Shown here in pieces: positions 26,432-32,000 of a stretch of DNA of 32,000 nt; within the stretch, counting starts at the first letter, position 1, and every line of letters starts with the position of its first letter. The stretch covers positions 1 through 32,000 of the forward strand of contig CALSTM010000003.1 in NCBI GenBank assembly GCA_943789275.1. The letters are read 5' to 3'. A program made the position numbers and the translations under genes. The DNA comes from Candidatus Poseidoniaceae archaeon. Lineage in GTDB: Archaea; Thermoplasmatota; Poseidoniia; Poseidoniales; Poseidoniaceae. Under the pieces are notes generated by a model. That model saw only the letters and a program-made list of their open reading frames with translations, made no database searches and was not told where the DNA came from.

Positions 26432-28138
26432 TCAAGCTTCGAGTTCATCAAGGATGCCGTCGTCATCGTCGTCGTCATCTATGTGATCATCGGAACCGTC
26501 ATTGTCGTGATCGAATTGACCGGTCATTGGGTTTCCGTCGTTGATTTCGAACCAGTCGGCTAGGCCGTCGTTGTCGTCATCTGTGTCGGAAAGGTCCCAA
26601 ATTCCATCATTGTCATGGTCGTAGCGGTAAGTTCCAGAGATTCCTCCGATTTCGTCAACGTCAAGAATGTTGTCGTTGTCGTCATCAGTGTCGACTCCAT
26701 CGTTCATACCATCGTTGTCGTGGTCTCGCGATAGATCTGTACCGTCTTCGGCCTTGTCGTTGTAGTTGTCAATGCCATCGTTATCGATGTCGAGGTCAAC
26801 GGAATCGGTGATTCCGTCGTTGTCGTGGTCGTAGATGTTGGTGTTCGGATCGCCATCTTGGGTTTCCTCGGTGTCATCAATTCCATCGCCGTCATCGTCG
26901 GAGTCCAAGTTGTCTGGAGTTCCGTCGTTGTCGTGATCGAATGGGTTTTCATCGACAGCGTCGGGGATTCCGTCGTTGTCGTTGTCGTTATCCTGGTTAT
27001 CTGGGATTCCGTCACCGTCGTTATCTGCTGGACCTTGGTTTTCGGTTTGCTGTTGTTGTTGTTGGTCGGTCTGTTGTCCCTGTTGGCCTTGTTGACCGTT
27101 TTGGGTTTGACCTTGTTGCTGCTGGCTCTGACCGTTTTGGTTCTGTCCGTTTTGGTCTCCAGCTTGCTGATCGCCTTGTTGACCACCTTGCTGTCCACCT
27201 TGTTGCTGCTGACCTTGTCCATTGTCTTGCTGTTCACCTTGCTGACCTTGCTGGCCTTGTTGACCTTGCTGGCCTTGTTGACCCTGCTGGCCTTGTTGAC
27301 CCTGCTGGCCTTGTTGACCTTGCTGGCCTTGTTGACCTTGCTGGCCTTGTTGACCTTGCTGGCCTTGTTGACCTTGCTGTCCCTGACCTTGTCCCTGACC
27401 TTGTCCTTGACCCTGTCCTTGACCTTGTCCTTGACCCTGTCCTTGACCTTGTCCTTGACCTTGTCCTTGACCTTGTCCTTGACCTTGTCCTTGACCTTGT
27501 CCTTGACCTTGTCCTTGACCTTGTCCTTGACCTTGTCCTTGACCTTGTCCTTGACCTTGTCCTTGACCTTGTCCTTGACCTTGTCCTTGACCTTGTCCTT
27601 GACCTTGTCCTTGACCAGGTTGAGGGGTCGGGGTTCCGGCTTCAGATTCGCCACCGCCTTCAGTTTCACCATTGCCGCCGCCTGCGCCTGACTCGGTAAA
27701 GTCAGGGTCGTAAGCATCAGGAATGCCGTCACCATCGGAGTCGGAGTATTCACCGTCGTTTGGGTCGTTAGGGAACGAGTCTACGTTGTCAGCCTTACCG
27801 TCACCGTCAGTGTCTGCGTTGTTCGGGTTGGTACCCGATGCGTACTCTTGGGCGTTGGTTAAACCATCGCCGTCAGGGTCTGCATTTCCGTCGCCACCGT
27901 TGGTAGGGTTGAGGCCGTTCGAGACTTCCCAGCCATCTGGGAGACCGTCGCCATCGCTGTCTGCATTGTTCATATTTGTGCCTTGATTTTGTTCCTCGGA
28001 GTTGGTGAGACCATCACCGTCCCAATCGGCGCCACCATCGGATGGGTCGAGTGGGTCAGATCCGTCACCGCTCACTGCAGAAACTGCAGAGAGAGCGAGG
28101 AATAATGCAATCAAAACGCTCATTATTTTCTTATTCAT
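26432..28138 (-). CDS. secreted TSP3-repeat protein with central (GQ)n/(GQQ)n low-complexity core
   Basis: - 568-aa ORF with signal peptide [24 protein letters not shown].
- The N-terminal half has D-[ST]-D-G-D-G...GTNP...D-T-D-G-D-G loops.
- About 40 GQ dipeptides, about 14 GQQ units, and then more Q/G-rich sequence.
- The C-terminal half has DHDNDG / DDDNDG loops like the downstream giant.
- No TM anchor. Confidence 0.85.
   Translation of the reverse strand: MNKKIMSVLIALFLALSAVSAVSGDGSDPLDPSDGGADWDGDGLTNSEEQNQGTNMNNADSDGDGLPDGWEVSNGLNPTNGGDGNADPDGDGLTNAQEYASGTNPNNADTDGDGKADNVDSFPNDPNDGEYSDSDGDGIPDAYDPDFTESGAGGGNGETEGGGESEAGTPTPQPGQGQGQGQGQGQGQGQGQGQGQGQGQGQGQGQGQGQGQGQGQGQGQGQGQGQGQGQGQGQGQGQGQGQGQGQGQGQGQGQQGQQGQQGQQGQQGQQGQQGQQGQQGQQGQQGQQGQQGQQGQQGQQGEQQDNGQGQQQQGGQQGGQQGDQQAGDQNGQNQNGQSQQQQGQTQNGQQGQQGQQTDQQQQQQTENQGPADNDGDGIPDNQDNDNDNDGIPDAVDENPFDHDNDGTPDNLDSDDDGDGIDDTEETQDGDPNTNIYDHDNDGITDSVDLDIDNDGIDNYNDKAEDGTDLSRDHDNDGMNDGVDTDDDNDNILDVDEIGGISGTYRYDHDNDGIWDLSDTDDDNDGLADWFEINDGNPMTGQFDHDNDGSDDHIDDDDDDDGILDELEA
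27244..27612 (-). repeat. in-frame tandem DNA repeats: 7 x 18-nt unit then ~20 x 12-nt unit
   Basis: - 27244-27369 holds seven copies of gaccttgctggccttgtt. Two copies carry a t>c variant.
- 27373-27612 holds gaccttgtcctt units.
- 27445-27612 is 14 perfect consecutive 12-mers.
- The reverse complement reads CAAGGACAAGGT = QGQG. Confidence 0.95.
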
Positions 28139-28152
28139 GTTTTTTCACTTCC

Positions 28153-28164
28153 TATATTTTTTTT
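28153..28164 (-). promoter_or_regulatory. candidate BRE/TATA box for the GQ-repeat gene
   Basis: The minus strand reads CCAAAAAAAATATAGG, ending 15 nt before the ATG at 28138. It is the only A/T block in the vicinity. The spacing would imply a very short leader, a leaderless mRNA, or use of Met6. Confidence 0.3.
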
Positions 28165-28172
28165 GGTTGTTG

Positions 28173-28397
28173 TTACACAGAGAACCCGCTGTTCTCTCTT
28201 TCCAAAAGCCCAGCCCACATGGTGGGAGTGGCTTTTTGGGATTCAAACGATGCTGCGCACTGGAATGTGGTTGATTTCAAGGTTTTTACAAGCGTGTTTT
28301 TAGCAACAACTCTGTTGATGTTGTTGAGCGATGACTGCTTCTGAGTCATGCGTTTTTCACTCTTGTAACTGTCCTTGTATTGTTCCTCCAAATGCAT
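28173..28397 (-). CDS. questionable small ORF (74 aa) or part of a structured non-coding transcript
   Basis: The ATG at 28395-28397 is preceded by GTGAAAAACG, the same leader string that precedes the GQ-gene ATG. However, the ORF body contains four strong hairpins, including a terminator-like one. Confidence 0.2.
   Translation of the reverse strand: MHLEEQYKDSYKSEKRMTQKQSSLNNINRVVAKNTLVKTLKSTTFQCAASFESQKATPTMWAGLLERENSGFSV
28179..28197. promoter_or_regulatory. perfect 7-5-7 palindrome AGAGAAC-CCGCT-GTTCTCT (copy A)
   Basis: Read directly from the sequence. It lies about 15 nt upstream of the candidate TATA of the GQ gene. It is a sequence relative of copy B at 28419-28437. Confidence 0.35.
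28204..28236. terminator. bidirectional terminator-like hairpin AAAAGCC..CCCAC-ATG-GTGGG..GGCTTTT
   Basis: A 7-bp outer stem and a 5-bp inner stem are separated by symmetric 3-nt bulges. An A tract lies 5' and a T tract 3' on both strands. Confidence 0.4.
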
Positions 28398-28418
28398 CGT
28401 TTTTCACGGGTTGGTTCT

Positions 28419-28437
28419 AGGGAACCCAACGTTCCCT
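28419..28437. promoter_or_regulatory. perfect 7-5-7 palindrome AGGGAAC-CCAAC-GTTCCCT (copy B)
   Basis: Read directly from the sequence. It differs from copy A at one stem position in each arm (A>G paired with T>C), so pairing and dyad symmetry are preserved. It lies about 20 nt downstream of an ATATAGG box (28460-28466, minus strand). Confidence 0.35.
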
Positions 28438-28490
28438 CTACATACTGGAACATACCGACCCTATATCAAAGGCGCGACGCAATGCGCCAA

Positions 28491-29225
28491 CTATCCTTCA
28501 AGGGTATAAGCTGGAGGCAAGAGAATTGCTGCCTGCTGATTAAGAACAAATCGAGCGACAAGATCTGCAAGATTGGAATCGGCAAAGGCGTGAAGTCTTT
28601 CACTACCGTTCCCAGAGGCAGGCGCCCAAAGGTGAAGGGGTTTAGCGGATCGACTAAGTGCGATTTTAGCTGCTCGGATGGCGTTTGATCCTGGGAGGCC
28701 GACACTTACGGAACTGTCCAAGCCAAGGTGGTGGATGAGGCGCCCTTGTCGAACGCCTTCTTTGCCTTCGAGGGCAAGCATACCCAATATGGTAAACTGG
28801 TCTCTTTTGGAAGCATCCCAACGGGTATAATCGCCTTCAAATCGTTCCGTCAAATGGTGAAGAAAGCCGCTGTATTCTTTTGGTAAAGTATCGTAAGAAA
28901 TCTGTTCAACTGCCTTCCTGCGAGGTAAATGAGCCTCTTTGGGCAATATTTCTTTGAATTCGCTCCATTTATGAGCGGTATCAATCCAATTGGAAAGGCG
29001 TTCTGCAAAGAAAGGGTCTGCGCCTCTCCAGTTCCAAACGCTCCGTTTAATCAATTCAGGAGCGACGTTGGAGAAACCTTCCGGATCCCTCTCGGCAAGG
29101 GTTTGCAACGCCTTCAAAAATTTTTCATTCTTCGCTTTCTGCAGGGTCTGCTCCGGCGGCATCGTAATTTCGTTGTGCCCGGTTCCATAATAAGGTTGTT
29201 TCTTGTTGATTTGCTGAAGTTTCAT
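28491..29225 (-). CDS. hypothetical protein (244 aa), possible winged-helix segment
   Basis: The ATG at 29223-29225 is preceded by GAGGAG (29231-29236) and an A/T-rich box. There is no family motif I recognise. The segment DQFTILGMLALEGKEGVRQGRLIHHLGL could be an HTH or wHTH. A GGCGC-N8-GCGCC hairpin (28471-28488) follows the stop. Confidence 0.65.
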   Translation of the reverse strand: MKLQQINKKQPYYGTGHNEITMPPEQTLQKAKNEKFLKALQTLAERDPEGFSNVAPELIKRSVWNWRGADPFFAERLSNWIDTAHKWSEFKEILPKEAHLPRRKAVEQISYDTLPKEYSGFLHHLTERFEGDYTRWDASKRDQFTILGMLALEGKEGVRQGRLIHHLGLDSSVSVGLPGSNAIRAAKIALSRSAKPLHLWAPASGNGSERLHAFADSNLADLVARFVLNQQAAILLPPAYTLEG

Positions 29226-29254
29226 CGTATCTCCTCGGTTTTAGCGCCGTTTTT

Positions 29255-29273
29255 CTATAAAATCAATATTTAT
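29255..29273 (-). promoter_or_regulatory. candidate TATA region for the 244-aa gene
   Basis: The minus strand reads GGCATAAATATTGATTTTATAG, with two TATA-like cores 30-45 nt upstream of the ATG. It sits in an intergenic region that is more A/T-rich than the coding sequence around it. Confidence 0.3.
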
Positions 29274-29380
29274 GCCGGAAAAACAACGCAGTGGGTTTGT
29301 TTTATTTTTGAAGGGTTTGGGCCCCTCCGTTCACATTTCTTGAGATGACAGTTTTCTGACCGTATATGAACGATTCATGT

Positions 29381-29908
29381 TTAGAACTGTTTCATCATCG
29401 ACCTATGCGGCCCAATTCCGGAAATTGTGTACGGTTCATCGACAAGTATCCATCCCTGTGACTGATAAAAAGGAATGGCTGCTTCCCGGGCTTGAAGAAG
29501 CCCTACTTTCGCCCCGAAATGGGCTACTGCGGCGTGTTCCAATGAGTGTAAAACCTTAGCTGCGAGTCCTTTTCGGCGTGCTTCTTGACGCGTACCCATT
29601 TGCCGAATTTGTATCGCTGGACGATTATCTGGACTGGATAAAGGGCCAAAGCTTGGACATTGCGTCGCGCCAGGCCCAGCATGGTCTGCGGCAGAGCCGT
29701 CACTTTCTGGGTCAATCAGATGAGCCCTCCCTACAGCGACAATCTGCTCACCATCAGCCACCCAAGCGTGAATTGCCCGATCATCGTCTTCCAGTAATTC
29801 AGCACCTTTCTGGAAGCCAAGAGGTGCACGTAGGACTGAAAATCGACAATCGTAATAGGCTGACGCAGGGGTCGAGGGGGGGAGCGAAATTTGGGCGTGA
29901 TGCTCCAT
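29381..29908 (-). CDS. GNAT family N-acetyltransferase
   Basis: The acetyl-CoA motif QIRQMGTRQEARRKGLAAKVL (Q/R-x-x-G-x-G/A type) and ...AIPFYQSQGW...GIGPHRSMMK are typical of small GNATs. The ORF track starts at 29968 (ATG overlapping the upstream TAA by 1 nt). The internal ATG at 29906-29908 (MEHHAQISL...) gives a more typical 175-aa protein. Confidence 0.85.
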   Translation of the reverse strand: MEHHAQISLPPSTPASAYYDCRFSVLRAPLGFQKGAELLEDDDRAIHAWVADGEQIVAVGRAHLIDPESDGSAADHAGPGATQCPSFGPLSSPDNRPAIQIRQMGTRQEARRKGLAAKVLHSLEHAAVAHFGAKVGLLQAREAAIPFYQSQGWILVDEPYTISGIGPHRSMMKQF

Positions 29909-29967
29909 GGGAATCGGTTGGGGGCGTGTCTTAAGAAATATCTCAAGGAAGATGTGGGAATTCAGCA

Positions 29968-31953
29968 TTAAAGGAAGTACAAAGCCACGGACACGACGAG
30001 TACACCCACCAGTGCCAAACCCAAAATTGCAGATGCGATTAGACCCTTGCCGAAGGCTTTGTTACCACGCACGAAGGAGTAAATAATCGCCCCAATGTAG
30101 GAAATCGGATACGCGATGAATGCAAAGGTGTAGAAGTTGTCGACTGGATTTGAGTAATCGTCGTAGTCATCATAGTAGTATTCTTTTTGGTATTCTATGT
30201 ACTCTTCACCGTAAAGATATGCGTTATAATCGAAGTAGCCGGTGTTTTGCGGAGATGATTCTGGCATCAGATTGAGCGACATTTCAACAGTGGGCGGGAT
30301 GGGGCCCAAGGGCAAAAACCACATGGTCTGATTCGATGAATTATAACCACCTATGGCTTCTGTTTGAGTTGAGATGCCGTCATAAATCGGTTCACTGAGA
30401 TTACTGTCGCAATCATCACAAACCAACCAAGAAAAACTATGGCCGCCAGCTCGAAGAGGCGTGCTGTTGACGATTTCAAATTCCATTTGGAAATATCCCC
30501 ATTCTCCACCACCATCTGACTCTTCAAAGGTTACAGTGAAATTCGTACGCTCGCCTACGCTATCCGGGCGTTCAGTGATCGGTGACGAATAGAGTTCATA
30601 GGCAGAAAAATCGTCGTTACGAACATGGAGTGTTCGATTAAATTCGACATGGAATTCACGCGTCTCTGGGTCCCATGATTGATATTCAAGAGAGATATGT
30701 TCATCGATTTCAAAGGTCGAATCTTGATAAATTACGGCATCATAACCTTCGCTGAGGGTGTCATCCATGCAATAAATTGGGAAGCGTTGACTTTGGTCGT
30801 AGTATGCTGGCCATTGATACGAATCTACTTCACAGCCCAATACACTCCAAGGGTTAGCATCGCTTGAAATCAAAATCTGAGACGCATATGTTCCATTGGC
30901 TGAAGACGTGACCTCAATGGCTGAGTTGTACCCGTACACATACGATTCTTCCCAAGTTGTGCTGTTGTCAATAGAAACCGGAGCCCAGTCAATACCGATA
31001 TCAAATTCCAATTGATTTGGAAAAGCAGAGCCATCAGCCATCGGTAAGGGTTCAAACGAAAGTCGATTCAACTCGGCATCATATGCCCCAATTTCAACCC
31101 ATTTTTCAGTTCGGTAGAACTGAGCCCAGTCAAGAAACGCAAACTCCTCATCAGGACAAGAGTCGCATGCTTCAGCAGAGAAAAAATAACTTGAATCTTT
31201 TAGACTCATCTCCATATAGAATTCTTCGGTCGAATTCGTCTGGATGTCGAATGTGTAGTTTAGGCCATCCACTGTTTCTCCGAGGGTGGAAAGTTTCGAG
31301 TACTGGCCTTCATCGTTCAAGAAAAAAGCATCGAGAGAAAGGTTTTCAGAAAAACTATTGTCGAACGACAAGGTAAGGTTCCTCTCCTGAAAACTGTACT
31401 CAGCACCGACCAGAGTGGTTTGCTCGCCGCCTGTAGGTGTGTCTTGTATGAGTTGCCAAACGAGTAATTCTCCGCTCGGTTCAACATAAAATTCAGCATA
31501 AAGGGATGGTTCCGTTGTACCGCATATAATCGATTCAGGAGAGTATTCATTGAAGATGGGTTCAAGAGAATACCTGTTTCCTGGCTCTCCATTCAAATCA
31601 ATGTAGCATTGTGAAAGTTCATGTGTGTCAGGTAAATCAATCGTTGTCGAATATTCTCCGGTCTCGTTGCGAACAAATGTCATTTCGTATGGGTCTGGGA
31701 ATTGTTGCCCGTATTCCACGTATTCTTCATGTTCACGCTCTTCCCTATCGCGCTGGGAATCCTCCATGCTAAAGCCGATGATTTGAATTAAAATAAGAAG
31801 GGCAATGGGTAGGAAAACTCCGAGCAGAAACATGAAAATGGATTTCCCCGTAGAGTCCGGTTGTTTCACAAATGAAGGGGCAAGATAGGGTTGTGAGGAA
31901 GGGGAACTCGTTTCACCCTGCAAAAAACCAATCGGCGCTGTTGGTTCGTTCAA
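29968..31953 (-). CDS. membrane protein with internally duplicated Cys-motif ectodomain and Tyr/Asp/Glu-rich juxtamembrane segment
   Basis: - 661-aa ORF.
- N-terminal TM helix IFMFLLGVFLPIALLILIQIIGF.
- An acidic ectodomain of about 510 aa.
- Two C-terminal TM helices.
- Cys pattern C116, C144, C263-x2-C266 repeated as C374, C395, C512-x2-C515. Confidence 0.75.
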   Translation of the reverse strand: MNEPTAPIGFLQGETSSPSSQPYLAPSFVKQPDSTGKSIFMFLLGVFLPIALLILIQIIGFSMEDSQRDREEREHEEYVEYGQQFPDPYEMTFVRNETGEYSTTIDLPDTHELSQCYIDLNGEPGNRYSLEPIFNEYSPESIICGTTEPSLYAEFYVEPSGELLVWQLIQDTPTGGEQTTLVGAEYSFQERNLTLSFDNSFSENLSLDAFFLNDEGQYSKLSTLGETVDGLNYTFDIQTNSTEEFYMEMSLKDSSYFFSAEACDSCPDEEFAFLDWAQFYRTEKWVEIGAYDAELNRLSFEPLPMADGSAFPNQLEFDIGIDWAPVSIDNSTTWEESYVYGYNSAIEVTSSANGTYASQILISSDANPWSVLGCEVDSYQWPAYYDQSQRFPIYCMDDTLSEGYDAVIYQDSTFEIDEHISLEYQSWDPETREFHVEFNRTLHVRNDDFSAYELYSSPITERPDSVGERTNFTVTFEESDGGGEWGYFQMEFEIVNSTPLRAGGHSFSWLVCDDCDSNLSEPIYDGISTQTEAIGGYNSSNQTMWFLPLGPIPPTVEMSLNLMPESSPQNTGYFDYNAYLYGEEYIEYQKEYYYDDYDDYSNPVDNFYTFAFIAYPISYIGAIIYSFVRGNKAFGKGLIASAILGLALVGVLVVSVALYFL

Positions 31954-32000
31954 AACGATTGAGGCTGGTCGCTGGGTAGAATCCGAGCCCTTTGGCGTCA

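Noticed and set aside
26196-26435. 79-aa minus-strand ORF in the spacer between the GQ gene and the giant gene
   Set aside because: It spans the two UUCG hairpins and the oligo-T tract that look like a terminator. It overlaps the stop of the GQ gene, and its sequence is unremarkable with no start context.
27244-27612. Regularly spaced short direct repeats that could be mistaken for a CRISPR array or satellite
   Set aside because: The units are 12 and 18 nt and contiguous, with no spacers. They lie in frame inside a long ORF that has a signal peptide and flanking TSP3 domains. They encode GQ/GQQ peptide repeats.
26704-27753. Long alternative-frame ORFs through the repeat region: the 349-aa KDKV-repeat ORF on the minus strand, and the 288-aa LTLS-repeat and 252-aa LVLD-repeat ORFs on the plus strand
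   Set aside because: These are frame-shadow artefacts of a low-complexity periodic sequence, where no stops arise in any frame. Only the GQ frame connects to a signal peptide and to recognisable domains on both sides.
1-32000. Prophage, plasmid or defence-island interpretation of the whole window
   Set aside because: I recognised no capsid, terminase, portal, integrase, toxin-antitoxin, restriction-modification or cas genes. The content is core informational genes plus surface proteins.

Overview
This looks like an archaeal chromosomal window of about 50% GC. I infer a marine planktonic euryarchaeote (MGII/Poseidoniales-like) from archaea-specific genes plus very acidic giant surface proteins. 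This is not a database result. Twenty of the 21 confident protein genes and one tRNA are on the minus strand, and many have stop/start overlaps.

Housekeeping content:
- the rpl18e-rpl13-rps9-rpoN-tRNA-Pro(GGG) operon
- a bacterial-type NAD-dependent DNA ligase (LigA)
- a PAC2 proteasome-assembly chaperone
- a PPC/DUF296 protein
- a stand-alone Cas4/RecB-like Fe-S nuclease
- a GNAT acetyltransferase

About 63% of the window (roughly 6750 codons) encodes secreted or membrane-anchored acidic proteins. These are a 1566-aa beta-helix protein, a 2714-aa giant with about 30 thrombospondin-type-3 (TSP3) Ca-binding loops and a DUF4129-like cytoplasmic tail, a 568-aa TSP3 protein, an 866/377/191-aa surface operon and a 661-aa membrane protein. 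The 568-aa protein has a (GQ)40(GQQ)14 core encoded by near-perfect 12- and 18-nt tandem DNA repeats.

Most interesting candidates:
1. The 3454-7695 operon. Two secreted proteins share a Cys-x(1,3)-Cys-His Reeler-like module and sit next to a His-bearing 5-TM protein. This may be an extracytoplasmic redox or metal system.
2. A PIP-box-like C-terminus (QPSLFDF) on the bacterial-type LigA.
3. The TSP3 adhesin island that brackets the ribosomal operon.
4. The hypervariable-looking GQ repeat.
5. A highly structured 350-bp intergenic region with a duplicated palindrome showing compensatory changes.

No CRISPR array, transposase or integrase was seen. All family assignments come from motif recognition by eye and need HMM or structure confirmation.
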